This document shows, one piece after another, positions 25,944-35,967 of a DNA stretch of 64,000 nucleotides. The DNA lies in the IMG/VR virus record IMGVR_UViG_2842447887_000002, positions 930 to 64,929 of that record, one strand, 5' to 3'. The notes beneath the pieces were generated by a model. That model worked only from the letters and a program-made list of their open reading frames with translations, searched no databases and was not told the DNA's origin. Source of the DNA: a virus. Lineage: Duplodnaviria > Caudoviricetes. Made by a program: the position numbers and the translations under genes. Each line of letters opens with the position of its first letter. Within the stretch, counting starts at the first letter, position 1.

Positions 25944-27524
25944 ATGGCTGACGCCAAGCCGCGTATCCGTGTCGCTGCCGGACGGCAGGAGTGGAAGGCA
26001 TCGACGGCGATCGGTTCGTCGGTCGCCGCACCGCGCCGGCAGGCCTTCGATGCCGGCCGCTCGTCGCGGCGGCTGAAGGGTTTTACGACGACGACGCAGG
26101 AGATCAACCGGCAGATCCGCTCCTATGGGCGGACGATCGTTGCCCGCTCCCGTTATCTCAGCCAGAACAACCCCTATGCGATGCAGGCGAAGAAGGTCTT
26201 CGTCTCGGCGCTTGCCGGTGCGGGGATCAAGCCGTCGTCGCTGGCGGACGCCGACTTCAAGGCGGAGCTGCAAAAAGTCTGGCTCGACTTTACCGACGAG
26301 GCGGATGCCGACGGACTGACCGACCTCTACGGCATGCAGGCGACGATCGCCTCCGAGATGTTCGATGCCGGCGAATGCTTCGTCCGGCTGCGCGCTCGTC
26401 GGCTGGAAGATGGCTTGACCGTGCCGCTGCAGTTGCAGCTGCTGCCATCGGAGATGCTGCCGCTCAACGACAACCGCATGCTTGATGGCGGCAATTATGT
26501 GCAGATGGGCGTCGAGTTCAACGCGATCGGCAAGCGCGTCGCCTATTGGTTCCTGCGCCAGCATCCCGGCGCCGACCAGGTGAATTTCCGCAGCGGCTTT
26601 GCCGGCGAGCAGGTGCGCGTGCCGGCGGAAGAGGTCCTGCATCTCTTCGACCCGACGGGCTTTGCCGGCCAGATCCGCGGCATTCCGCATACGCTTTCGG
26701 GGATCGTCACCGCGGCGGTGCTCGACTGTTACGACGACGCGGAACTGGAGCGCAAACGTGTCGCCGCGCTGTTCGGCGGCTTCGTCACCACCGAGCTCGG
26801 CGACGATGCCGCACCGCATCCGCTGTCGGAAGGGATTGAGGCGGCCCAGGCGGCCGGCAAGGATTCAGCGATCGCGCTGGAACCCGGCGCCATCCTCGAT
26901 CTCGATCCCGGCCAGGATGTCACCTTTGCCGAGCCGGCCGATGTCGGCGGCAACTACGAGGCGTTCGAATATCGCAACCTGCTGCGGATGGCGGCCGGTT
27001 TCGGCGTGCCCTATGCGGCGATGACCGGCGACCTTCGCCAGGCGAATTACGGCTCGATCCGCGCCGGTCTCGTCGAATTCCGCCGGCGCATCGAGGCGAT
27101 GCAGCACGCCGTCATGGTGTTTCAGTTCTGCCGGCCGGTCTGGCGGCGCTTCATGGATGACGCAGTTCTCGCCGGCCGCTTGCCGGTCCGGCCGGCGCAA
27201 TATCAGGCTGCGCCGCAGGGCTATCGCCGGGCCAAGTGGATCACGCCGCGCTGGGACTGGGTCGACCCTCTCAAGGATCGCCAGGCCGAAAAGCTCGCCG
27301 TGGACTCCGGCTTCAAGGCGCGCTCCGACGTGATCGAGGCGGAAGGATACGACCCCGAGGAAACGGATCAGCGCATCGCCGACGACCGGGCGCGCGAAAA
27401 GCGGCTGGGCCTCAGCTTCGCGCCGGCGAAGGCGCCGCCCGCCGCAGCCGCCGAAGACGACAAACCGGCTTCTCAGGCCAAGACCGAGACTGACCAACAG
27501 GGAGACAAGACCAATGGCGCATGA
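25944..27524 (+). CDS. Portal protein, lambda family
   Basis: ARSRYLSQNNPYA, GECF, GVEFNAIGKRVAYW, QIRGIP, NYGSIRAG, WDWVDPLKD. Confidence 0.93.
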   Translation: MADAKPRIRVAAGRQEWKASTAIGSSVAAPRRQAFDAGRSSRRLKGFTTTTQEINRQIRSYGRTIVARSRYLSQNNPYAMQAKKVFVSALAGAGIKPSSLADADFKAELQKVWLDFTDEADADGLTDLYGMQATIASEMFDAGECFVRLRARRLEDGLTVPLQLQLLPSEMLPLNDNRMLDGGNYVQMGVEFNAIGKRVAYWFLRQHPGADQVNFRSGFAGEQVRVPAEEVLHLFDPTGFAGQIRGIPHTLSGIVTAAVLDCYDDAELERKRVAALFGGFVTTELGDDAAPHPLSEGIEAAQAAGKDSAIALEPGAILDLDPGQDVTFAEPADVGGNYEAFEYRNLLRMAAGFGVPYAAMTGDLRQANYGSIRAGLVEFRRRIEAMQHAVMVFQFCRPVWRRFMDDAVLAGRLPVRPAQYQAAPQGYRRAKWITPRWDWVDPLKDRQAEKLAVDSGFKARSDVIEAEGYDPEETDQRIADDRAREKRLGLSFAPAKAPPAAAAEDDKPASQAKTETDQQGDKTNGA

Positions 27525-28425
27525 GATCCGGCGCGTGCTGAGCGCCTTTGCCTCTCAAGGGTGGTTCATCGAGCCGCGCAAGGCGGAGCAGATCGTGGCT
27601 ATGCTCGAGCTGCGGGCGCTTTCCGGCCCGCGTGCAGAGCCGTTTCGCAAGAATGGCGCAGCCATTCGCCAAGAGGTGCGCACGACGAAAGGTGCTGTCG
27701 CAGTCCTCAATCTCTTCGGGGCGATCATGCCACGCGCCGAAGCGGTCGAGGATATTTCGCAGGCGGCGGCACTGATGGTGCCCTTTCAGCAGGCATTCCA
27801 GAATGCCGCAGCGGATCCATCGCTCTCCGGCATCATCATCAATATCGATTCTCCTGGTGGCCGTGTCGACCTGGTGCCGGAGACAGCAGCGATGATCCGC
27901 AAGGCGCGCCGGCCGGATCGTCCGATCGTCGCGGTGGCGAACACGCTCGCCGCCTCGGCTGCCTACTGGATTGCGTCGGCGCCAGACGAGCTGGTCGTGA
28001 CGCCGTCCGGAGAAGTCGGTTCCATTGGCGTCTATGTTCTGCATCAGGATATTTCCGAGGCGCTGGCGGCAGCAGGCGTGCGCATGCAGTTCATCTCGGA
28101 AGGGCCGCGCAAGGTTGAAGGCAATCCCTTCGAGCCGCTTTCCGAGGAGGCCAGCGCAGCGCTGCAGGCGAATGTCCGGTATTTCTATGATCTGTTTGTC
28201 AAGGATGTCGCGATCGGCAGACGCGTTCCAGAGGCCGTCGTGCGGGCCGACCCGGAGAAGAGCGATAAACACTTCGGCGGCGGCCGTGTCTATCCGGCTC
28301 GCGAGGCGGTGAAGCTCGGCATGGCTGACCGCGTGGCGACACTCGACGAGACAATCGCACGGCTGATCGGCAACGGGCCGCGCAGCGGGACCACGGCGGC
28401 ATCACAGCGTCGTCCGATTCTTTGA
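27514..28425 (+). CDS. S49 family prohead protease (gpC-like)
   Basis: IDSPGG, AASAAYWIAS, VGSIGV. Confidence 0.92.
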   Translation: MAHEIRRVLSAFASQGWFIEPRKAEQIVAMLELRALSGPRAEPFRKNGAAIRQEVRTTKGAVAVLNLFGAIMPRAEAVEDISQAAALMVPFQQAFQNAAADPSLSGIIINIDSPGGRVDLVPETAAMIRKARRPDRPIVAVANTLAASAAYWIASAPDELVVTPSGEVGSIGVYVLHQDISEALAAAGVRMQFISEGPRKVEGNPFEPLSEEASAALQANVRYFYDLFVKDVAIGRRVPEAVVRADPEKSDKHFGGGRVYPAREAVKLGMADRVATLDETIARLIGNGPRSGTTAASQRRPIL

Positions 28426-28510
28426 TTTTACCTTGGGCTGCCCGTCGCGCCGGACGCGGGGAAGCAGCTCTTTCCATAATTCCGGCGACACTCTCGAAAA
28501 GGAGACGATC

Positions 28511-29008
28511 ATGCCTCAGCCTCATAAGTTGAGCGATCTCCGCGCGAAGCAAAAGGCGCTGAAGGCGGAAGCCGACGGCATCTTTGCAGCGGCGGAAAAG
28601 ACTGCTGAGTTCACGACTGCGCAGGACGAGCGACTTGCGGCAATCAAGGGCGAAATTTCGGCGCTCGACACCGAAATCGACGCGGCGATCGTCGAGCTCG
28701 ATCCCCCGCCAGCGCCGCCGAACAATGCGGGCGCAGCCGATGGCGATGTCGTGGCCGAACGCAAGCGGGCCAGCGATATCCTGGCGGCCTGCAAAATGGT
28801 CGGCAAGCCGGACAAGGCGGCCGAGTTCATTGCCGGCGGCAAGTCGCTGTCCGAAGTTGTCGACCTGCTGCAGTCGGCGCGGGCAAACGAATCCGACAAG
28901 AATACGATTAACGCCCGGCATTCTGGCCGCCAGACCGACATGAATGTCGCGGCGAGCTGGGATGATGCCGTGAAGAAGGCCAACGCCCTTCTCGGCATCA
29001 GAGGCTGA
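28511..29008 (+). CDS. Capsid scaffolding protein
   Basis: Ala-rich helical ORF between protease and decoration protein; C-terminal WDDAVKK. Confidence 0.6.
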   Translation: MPQPHKLSDLRAKQKALKAEADGIFAAAEKTAEFTTAQDERLAAIKGEISALDTEIDAAIVELDPPPAPPNNAGAADGDVVAERKRASDILAACKMVGKPDKAAEFIAGGKSLSEVVDLLQSARANESDKNTINARHSGRQTDMNVAASWDDAVKKANALLGIRG

Positions 29009-29092
29009 TCGAAATCAATCCTCCATCATAGTCCGCTCCCATCTCGGTTCGGTGGACTTTGACACCGCGTTCTTTTCGAAAGGAACACCTCG

Positions 29093-29467
29093 ATGACCAC
29101 TTTTACGGAAACTCTCCATGCGGGCTCTCACATCGCATGGGAAGCGGATATTCAGATCTCTCGTGAGACGGGCACTCTCGCCTCTGGTCAGAATCTGCAG
29201 GCCGGGCGGCTGCTGATGCTTTCGGGCGGCAAACTCGTCGCACATAACGGCGCCCTCAATACGGCCGGCGATGTCGTTACGCCGGTCGAGGGTGTCCTTT
29301 ACCAGGCTGTCGATGCCAGCGGCGGCGACGTTGCCGGCGTTGTCTATTCGAAACGACTGACTGTTTTCAAGGATGACGACCTCACCTATCCAACGGAGTC
29401 GACCGCCGGCGGCGAAAAGGCTGCCTGCCTCGAAAACATGGCCACGAACAATCTCATCGCCCGCTAA
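29093..29467 (+). CDS. Head decoration protein (gpD-like)
   Basis: SRETGTLASGQNLQAG..L, GVLYQAVDA. Confidence 0.85.
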   Translation: MTTFTETLHAGSHIAWEADIQISRETGTLASGQNLQAGRLLMLSGGKLVAHNGALNTAGDVVTPVEGVLYQAVDASGGDVAGVVYSKRLTVFKDDDLTYPTESTAGGEKAACLENMATNNLIAR

Positions 29468-29551
29468 TGCGGCGGTGACGAAACTGATCCTCCCTTAATT
29501 TCACCAGGCCAGCCGCGACGGCCAAGGCCATTTCACACAAGGAGATGATCC

Positions 29552-30571
29552 ATGATCACCATGGATATTTTCAACGACGACGCATTCTCGGCGACGTCGC
29601 TCACGGCTGCCGTCGACAAGGTCGGCTATGTACCGAACTTTCTCGATGCGATGCCTGGCCTGTTCGATCCGGTTCCGGTTCGTACCGAGGCCATCTGGAT
29701 CGAATCGCGCGCCAATGAGGCGGCATTGATCCAGACCACGGCGCGCGGGGCTCCGATCGACGAGAAATCCAATGACGACGGCCGCGACGCTCGCGCGTTC
29801 CGTACCCGGCGCCTTTTCGGCAACCGCAGAATCCGGGCTTCCGAACTGTTCGGCATCCGCGCCTTCAATTCTGAAACGGAATTGAAGGCGGTTCAGACCG
29901 AGGTTGCCTACCGGCAGGGCTTGATCAAGCGCGACTTCGCACTGACGCGCGAAAACCTCAAGCTCGGTTGCATCCAGGGCATCGTTACCGACGCCGATGG
30001 CACGACCATCTATAACTGGGCGAACGAGCTGGGTCAGACCATCCCGGCGGAGGTCGATTTCGATCTCGACAACGCGTCGCCGGCTGATGGCGCCTTGCGC
30101 AAACGGTGCACGGCCGCGATCCGGTCGATGCAGCGTGGCTTGAAGGGCGCTGTCGCCCGGAGCTTCATGGCCATCTGCGGCGATGCCTTCTGGGACGATC
30201 TCACCGCTCACCCGGAGGTGCGCGCGACCTACCTTCAGACGCAGGCCGCCGCCGCCTTGCGTGAGCCGCTGGCCTGGGAGACGTTCAACTTCGGCGGGAT
30301 CACCTGGACGAACTATCGCGGAACCGACGACAACAGCACCGTTGCCGTCAATACCGACAAGGCGAAGTTCTTCCCGGTCGGCGCCGGCATCTTCAAATGG
30401 GCGATGTCTCCCGGTGAAACGTTCGACGACATCGGCACGTTGGGGCAGGACTTCTACTCGATGATGGTCCTCGACGAGAAACGCAACACCTATGCGGATG
30501 TCGAGGTGTATTCCTATCCGCTTCCGGTCTGCACCCTGCCGCAGGCGCTCTATCGCGCCAAGCGCACCTGA
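29552..30571 (+). CDS. Major capsid protein, lambda gpE family
   Basis: MDIFNDDAFSATSLTAAV, T.E...LGCIQGIV.DADG, SYPLPVCTLPQAL. Confidence 0.92.
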   Translation: MITMDIFNDDAFSATSLTAAVDKVGYVPNFLDAMPGLFDPVPVRTEAIWIESRANEAALIQTTARGAPIDEKSNDDGRDARAFRTRRLFGNRRIRASELFGIRAFNSETELKAVQTEVAYRQGLIKRDFALTRENLKLGCIQGIVTDADGTTIYNWANELGQTIPAEVDFDLDNASPADGALRKRCTAAIRSMQRGLKGAVARSFMAICGDAFWDDLTAHPEVRATYLQTQAAAALREPLAWETFNFGGITWTNYRGTDDNSTVAVNTDKAKFFPVGAGIFKWAMSPGETFDDIGTLGQDFYSMMVLDEKRNTYADVEVYSYPLPVCTLPQALYRAKRT

Positions 30572-31176
30572 TGACCGGCTTCTGGACGGCGCCGCGGATC
30601 TGGGAAGGCGAGACGGTTTTCGTTCTCGCCAGCGGCCCGTCCGTCAACGGCCTCGACCTGTCGCTCCTTGCGGGGCGGCGGGTCATTGCGGTGAAATCGT
30701 CGTGGCTGACCTATCCTGATGCCGATGTGCTGTTCTTCGCAGACGGCCGCTGGTGGAAGGATCCGGCGCTGCGGCCGAAGGCCTTCGAGGGGCTGATCGT
30801 CTCCTCGGCGAAAGAGATCTCCGACCCGCGCGTCAAACTCGTGCACAAGGTCGAGCCCGGCGATCTCTCGGAAAAGCCGGATACCGTGGCGCTGCGGCGC
30901 ACCAGCACGACCGGCGCGATCAATCTCGCAGTGCACTTCGGCGCAAGCCGCATCGTGCTGCTCGGCGTCGACGGCAAGGTCACGCCCGACGGCCCACGCC
31001 ACTGCCACGGCCGCCCGTGGCCCTGGCCGCTCAAGGCCGGCTGCTTCGACGAGCAGGCCGCCGAATACCGACAGATCGCCCCGAGTGCCGAACGCCTCGG
31101 CATTGCGATCGTCAATGCCAATCCTGACAGCGCCATCGACGTATGGCCCAGGCGTCCGTTTCCGGAGTGTTTATGA
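30571..31176 (+). CDS. Maf/DUF115-like (sialyltransferase-like fold) putative glycosyltransferase
   Basis: VLASGPS, IAVKSS, FFAD, STTGAINLAVHFGASRIVLLGVD, IVNANPDSAIDVWP. Confidence 0.65.
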   Translation: MTGFWTAPRIWEGETVFVLASGPSVNGLDLSLLAGRRVIAVKSSWLTYPDADVLFFADGRWWKDPALRPKAFEGLIVSSAKEISDPRVKLVHKVEPGDLSEKPDTVALRRTSTTGAINLAVHFGASRIVLLGVDGKVTPDGPRHCHGRPWPWPLKAGCFDEQAAEYRQIAPSAERLGIAIVNANPDSAIDVWPRRPFPECL

Positions 31177-31883
31177 AGCAGTCCATCCATATCGGTTTCG
31201 ACCCGCGCGAAGCGAATGCCTTCGCCGTCGCCAGGCGCTCGACGCGGCGACAGCTGACGCTGCCCATTCCGACGAGCGGTCTCGTGCTTTCCGAACTGAA
31301 GGCGAGGGGGCTCTATACGCGGCCGACCTCGCGTCGCGACGGGCGGCTCTGGGACGACATATCGGATGCGCCGATGGCGACCGAGTTTGCCTGCTCGCGC
31401 TTCCTCGTCCCCTATCTCAACGATTACGACGGCTGGGCGATCTTCATGGATTGCGACATGCTGGTGCGCACGAACCTAGTGCGCCTGTTCAAGCTGTGCG
31501 ACCCGTCGAAGGCGGTGATGGTTGTCAAGCACGATTACCAGCCGGCGGCCGAGACGAAAATGGACGGCCAGGTGCAGACGCGATATGCCCGCAAGAACTG
31601 GTCGAGCATGATGGTGTTCAACTGCGGCCACAAGTCCAACAAGGCGCTGACCGTCGAGCTCGTCAATTCTATTCCCGGCCGCGACCTGCACGGCTTCTGC
31701 TGGCTGAAGGATCATGAGATCGGCGCGCTCGACCAGAGCTGGAACTATCTCGTCGGTCATACCAGCCCCGAGATCACGCCCGACATCGTGCATTTCACCG
31801 ACGGCGTCCCGTCGATGCCAGGCTATGAGGATTGCGAATATGCCGACGAGTGGCGCGCCGAACTGTCACGGTGGGCGGCATGA
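31173..31883 (+). CDS. GT8-like glycosyltransferase
   Basis: IGFDPRE, TEFACSRFLVP, FMDCDML (DxD), KNWSSMMVFN, WNYLVG, HFTDGVP. Confidence 0.8.
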   Translation: MKQSIHIGFDPREANAFAVARRSTRRQLTLPIPTSGLVLSELKARGLYTRPTSRRDGRLWDDISDAPMATEFACSRFLVPYLNDYDGWAIFMDCDMLVRTNLVRLFKLCDPSKAVMVVKHDYQPAAETKMDGQVQTRYARKNWSSMMVFNCGHKSNKALTVELVNSIPGRDLHGFCWLKDHEIGALDQSWNYLVGHTSPEITPDIVHFTDGVPSMPGYEDCEYADEWRAELSRWAA

Positions 31884-32671
31884 TGCAGTTCGCGGCGATC
31901 AGCACATTCAATCGTGCCGGCCTTGATCTCTACGGCCGGAGGATGGTGGAAAGCTTCTGCCAGGCCTGGCCGCGCGACGTGTCGTTGCGGCTCTACAGCG
32001 AAGGCTGGGAAGCAGACGACTTGCTCGCCCATTGCCGCCTGCGGCCGGCGTCGCTGTCGCGGCTGGCCGACGAGACCTGCGAGATCGTCCATCTCGCCTC
32101 GGCGTCGCCCTGGCTCGATGCGTTCAAGACGCGCAACCGGAACCGGCCGTTCCGCGACTTCCGCTGGGATGCGGTGCGCTTCAGCCATAAGGTCGCGGCG
32201 GTGTGCCATGCGGCCCGCACGGTCGATGCCGACGTGCTGATCTGGCTGGACGGCGACATCGTCACGCATGCGCCGGTGATGATCGCCGACCTCGAGGCGT
32301 TGGCGCCGGCTGGCGATGAATGGATTTCGTGGCTCGACCGGGCGTCGATGTATCCGGAATGCGGCTTCTACATGCTGAACCTTCGGCATGAAAACCACCT
32401 CGAGTACATCTCGGTTTTCGAGGCGATGTATTCCAACGACGCGCTCTATGGGCTCAACGAACACCATGACAGCCACGTGCTGCAGGTGGTGGTCGAGCGC
32501 TACCGCGCGACGGCGAAATCGCTCTCGGGTGCCGGCCGGGCAACCAGCCATCCGCTGGTCAACGGGCCGCTCGGGCAATGGTTCGACCACCTGAAGGGCA
32601 GTCGCAAACGCGAGGGCCGCTCGCGGGCGAGCGATCTCAAGGCGCCGCGGCAAGAGGGCTACTGGCAATGA
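31880..32671 (+). CDS. GT-A fold glycosyltransferase
   Basis: DAVRFSHKV, LIWLDGD (DxD), ECGF, HDSHV, DHLKG. Confidence 0.7.
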   Translation: MMQFAAISTFNRAGLDLYGRRMVESFCQAWPRDVSLRLYSEGWEADDLLAHCRLRPASLSRLADETCEIVHLASASPWLDAFKTRNRNRPFRDFRWDAVRFSHKVAAVCHAARTVDADVLIWLDGDIVTHAPVMIADLEALAPAGDEWISWLDRASMYPECGFYMLNLRHENHLEYISVFEAMYSNDALYGLNEHHDSHVLQVVVERYRATAKSLSGAGRATSHPLVNGPLGQWFDHLKGSRKREGRSRASDLKAPRQEGYWQ

Positions 32672-33312
32672 AACAGATCCGTGGCATGTGGTTTCCGGAC
32701 AGTGACACGCATTTTGCGGCGCAGCTGGCGCACAATCCGCTGGTCGACGGTCGCGGCACCTATCAGTTTCGCAAGTTCCAGGCGGCCCTGCCGCATGTTC
32801 GCGGCCGCGGCCATGCCGTCGATGTCGGCGCGCATGTCGGCCTCTGGTCGCGGGTGATGGCGCTGACCTTCGAAAAGGTGACCGCCTTCGAACCGCTCGC
32901 CGAGCATGTCGCCTGTTTCGAGCGCAACATTCAGGATCCACGCGTCGCGCTGCATCCGGTGGCGCTGGCCGACAAGGCCGGCGAACTCCGGTTTGCGGCC
33001 GACATCATCAACAGCGGCAATGCCGCCGTTGCGGAATCCGGCGAGGCTGTCACGGCGCTCACGCTCGACAGTTTCCGCCTGAAGGGGATCGACCTGATCA
33101 AGATCGATGTCGAGGGTTTCGAAGTGCCGGTCATATCAGGTGCCGAAAAGACGCTGAAGCGCGAGAAGCCCGCCGTCATCGTCGAGCAGAAAGCCAATGG
33201 CAGCGCCGAGCGCTACGGACGCGGGGCGACGGATGCCGTCGCGCTGCTGCGGTCATGGGGTGCCGAGGTCGTCTGGGAGATCGGTGGCGACTTCCTGCTG
33301 GTCTGGAAATGA
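32668..33312 (+). CDS. FkbM-family SAM-dependent methyltransferase
   Basis: VDVGAHVG, AFEP, LDSF, IKIDVEGFE..VISGA, IVEQ. Confidence 0.9.
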   Translation: MKQIRGMWFPDSDTHFAAQLAHNPLVDGRGTYQFRKFQAALPHVRGRGHAVDVGAHVGLWSRVMALTFEKVTAFEPLAEHVACFERNIQDPRVALHPVALADKAGELRFAADIINSGNAAVAESGEAVTALTLDSFRLKGIDLIKIDVEGFEVPVISGAEKTLKREKPAVIVEQKANGSAERYGRGATDAVALLRSWGAEVVWEIGGDFLLVWK

Positions 33313-34097
33313 TCTTCCTTTGCGTCACCCGGGAACGGGAGATGAAGACGCGCCGCATCATGGCGGCGCTCGAGCAGGGTTCGGGCGGCCGCGGCAGGAT
33401 GATCCTGGGCGCGCCGCCGGCTGGGGAGCCGTTCGTCGTCTGGGGGCAGCGCTGGCTTTCCGAGGCGATCGTGCCGCCGGCCGTCCGCAGCGGCGTCGAC
33501 TGGTGGCATGTTGACAACGGTTTCTACTGGCCCGCCAACGGCCGGGCGACCGGTTACTACGCCATCACCTTTCGCGGCCTTTCGCCGGCCTTCATCGCTG
33601 ACGCGGATCGCTCGCGGCTGCCGTTCCGGATGGCGGCCTGGCGGCAAAGCCGCGGCGACCATGTGCTGCTGGCGCTGCCCGGCATGCATTACGGCAGGAT
33701 GCTCGGCGCCGATATGGCGGTCTGGTGCCGGACGATCGCGGCGCGGATCGCGGCGCATACGGACCGGCCGATCATCCTGCGGGAAAAGGGATGCCTGCGG
33801 CCGCTGGCCCACGATCTCGCGCGCGCCTTCGTCGTGGTGACGCATTCCAGCAAGGTCGCCGTCGATGCGGTGGTCGCCGGCATTCCCGCCGTGGTCGAGC
33901 CGACCAATCCGGCCGCGCCCGTCTGCTCGACGGATCTTGCCGAGATCGAGGCGCCGAAGATGCCGGAGCGCGAGGCCTGGTGGGCCTCGCTGATGGCGCA
34001 ACAGTTCACGCTCGACGAGATGAAGAGCGGTTTCGCCTTCAGGGCGATGGCAGGGGTGAAGGACAGATTTGATGGACTATGCAGCGCTGCTCTTTGA
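33309..34097 (+). CDS. GT-B glycosyltransferase resembling capsule-synthesis (KpsS-like) proteins
   Basis: VDNGF, VLLALP, ILREKG, VVTHSSKVAVDAVVAGIP, QFTLDEM. Confidence 0.65.
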   Translation: MIFLCVTREREMKTRRIMAALEQGSGGRGRMILGAPPAGEPFVVWGQRWLSEAIVPPAVRSGVDWWHVDNGFYWPANGRATGYYAITFRGLSPAFIADADRSRLPFRMAAWRQSRGDHVLLALPGMHYGRMLGADMAVWCRTIAARIAAHTDRPIILREKGCLRPLAHDLARAFVVVTHSSKVAVDAVVAGIPAVVEPTNPAAPVCSTDLAEIEAPKMPEREAWWASLMAQQFTLDEMKSGFAFRAMAGVKDRFDGLCSAAL

Positions 34098-34416
34098 TCC
34101 GGCCTATTCGATCTACGGCGCCGCCGCGGTGCTGACGCTTGCCGATACCGCCGGAACGCAGGTACCGTTGACGGTCATCGACAAGACCGCCGGCCTGCCG
34201 CTCGGGCCAAATATCGAGATCGGCACCATCGTGCCAGGCGCGATGCTGCGGGCCGCCGAGCTGGCCGAGCGCGGTGTCGATCGCGCTGCGCTCGACGAGG
34301 CGGTCATCGCCTTCAACGGCAACAACTGGCGGATCGCCAGCTGTTATCCGAAGCCGGTTCCATCGGGGGAAGCAAACGGCGAGATCGTGCTGGTGCTGGA
34401 GGCGGTCGATGGCTGA
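34069..34416 (+). CDS. Head-tail joining protein (FII-like)
   Basis: Position and beta-rich profile. Confidence 0.7.
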   Translation: MMDYAALLFDPAYSIYGAAAVLTLADTAGTQVPLTVIDKTAGLPLGPNIEIGTIVPGAMLRAAELAERGVDRAALDEAVIAFNGNNWRIASCYPKPVPSGEANGEIVLVLEAVDG

Positions 34417-34852
34417 TCCGCGCGAACAGATCCTGCAGCGGCTCGTCGCTGTCCTCGGGAGCGTCGAAGGCGTCAGGAAGGTCAAGCGCAACGAGCTGGA
34501 CCAGAACGAAACCACCTTGCCGCTTGCTGTGATCCTCGACGGCGACGAGACGGCGGCGGACAGCGATCCTGTGTCCCGGCCGCCGACCGCGCCGCGTCTC
34601 ATGACCATGACGCCGGAGATCTATGTCGTCGTCGCCAATAAGGCGGCGCAGGTCGGCACGGATGTAAACGCGATGCGGGCGCGCGTCATCAACGCTATCG
34701 CCAGCGATGCCGAGATCATCGCGCTGACAAAGGACCGCGAGGGCGGGCGCTACGAAGGCGCCGCCTCCGGCCTGTCGCGCGGCCGCTCGATGATGGGAGA
34801 AGTGGGGCTCTCCTTCTCGTTCCGATACGTCCTTCGCCCCGGTTCCATCTGA
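34409..34852 (+). CDS. Tail terminator/completion protein
   Basis: REQILQRLVAVL...LPLAVILDGDE; precedes the tail tube gene. Confidence 0.7.
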   Translation: MADPREQILQRLVAVLGSVEGVRKVKRNELDQNETTLPLAVILDGDETAADSDPVSRPPTAPRLMTMTPEIYVVVANKAAQVGTDVNAMRARVINAIASDAEIIALTKDREGGRYEGAASGLSRGRSMMGEVGLSFSFRYVLRPGSI

Positions 34853-34896
34853 TGCCGGCATAGACCGGTTTTTGAAGCTCTCGAAAGGAGACCGAC

Positions 34897-35421
34897 ATGC
34901 CTGCTTCTCCCAATACGCTCAACTATTTCATCGGCAAGGGCATCATCAAGTTCACGCCGACCGGCGGCGTCCAGCGCGACTTCGGCAATGCGCCGGAGAT
35001 CGAATTCACGCCGACCATCGAGAAGCTCGATCACTTCTCGTCGCGCTCCGGCGTGAAAAAGAAGGACCGCACCGTCGTCACCGAAAAGGGCGGGACGATC
35101 CGCATCGTACTCGACGAGGTGACCCCCGAAAACCTGTCGCTGCAGCTGATGGGCGAAGTGACCACCGCCACCGACGGCACCAAGTCCTTCCGGATCATGA
35201 GCGAAGCCGAGATCACCGGCCAGATCGACTTCACCGGCACCAACGACGTCGGCAACAAGATTACTATGCAGCTGCCGAACGTGTCGTTCGGGCCGTCCGG
35301 CTCCTTCAATCTGATTTCCGACGAATGGGGGCAGATCGAGCTCACCGGCGACGTGCTGGCGACCGAATACACCGACGGCAGCTCCGACTTCGGCCAGATC
35401 ACCTTCACCGACGCGGAATAG
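34897..35421 (+). CDS. Major tail (tube) protein
   Basis: YFIGKG, RDFGNAPEIEFTP, LDEVTPENL, LISDEW. Confidence 0.8.
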   Translation: MPASPNTLNYFIGKGIIKFTPTGGVQRDFGNAPEIEFTPTIEKLDHFSSRSGVKKKDRTVVTEKGGTIRIVLDEVTPENLSLQLMGEVTTATDGTKSFRIMSEAEITGQIDFTGTNDVGNKITMQLPNVSFGPSGSFNLISDEWGQIELTGDVLATEYTDGSSDFGQITFTDAE

Positions 35422-35542
35422 TTCTGTCCTCACGCGGCTTACCGCGCTCCTGATGGAGCGCGGGCCAAGCACCGCGACGGCCCTCGGCCTTGCGGCCTGA
35501 CGGCCGTCCGATCATCCACCAAACAAAATAGGAGAGGCCCGC

Positions 35543-35962
35543 ATGGCGGGATTGCTTGATATCGCGGCGGTGACCGAGACCGTCACCATCAACGGAACGA
35601 AAGTCGATGTTCCCGGCATCTCGGCAGATGGCATCGCGCACTTGCTGGCACGATTCCCGGAATTCCGCATGGCCATGACCGGGCGCGGCGTTGAAGTTGA
35701 TCGCTGGATTGAAATCGGCGGCGATGCCGCCGCGGCAATCATCGCAGCCGGCGTCGGCCACTTCGGAGAAACGGAATATGAAGACGCCGCCAGACGTCTC
35801 GGCATCGAGGCGCAAGCCGATCTGATCGAGGCCATCCTCAAGGTGACGATGCCGAGCGGCTTCGGCCCTTTCGTCCAAAAGCTGACGGGCGGCCTCAATC
35901 TCGTCGGCGGTCAATCAAATATGGCGCCGGCTACGAAATCGCCGAGGGGGTCGAGGCTCTGA
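35543..35962 (+). CDS. Tail assembly chaperone (gpG-like)
   Basis: Follows the tail tube gene; GGAGAGG RBS. Confidence 0.75.
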   Translation: MAGLLDIAAVTETVTINGTKVDVPGISADGIAHLLARFPEFRMAMTGRGVEVDRWIEIGGDAAAAIIAAGVGHFGETEYEDAARRLGIEAQADLIEAILKVTMPSGFGPFVQKLTGGLNLVGGQSNMAPATKSPRGSRL

Positions 35963-35967
35963 TCGCC

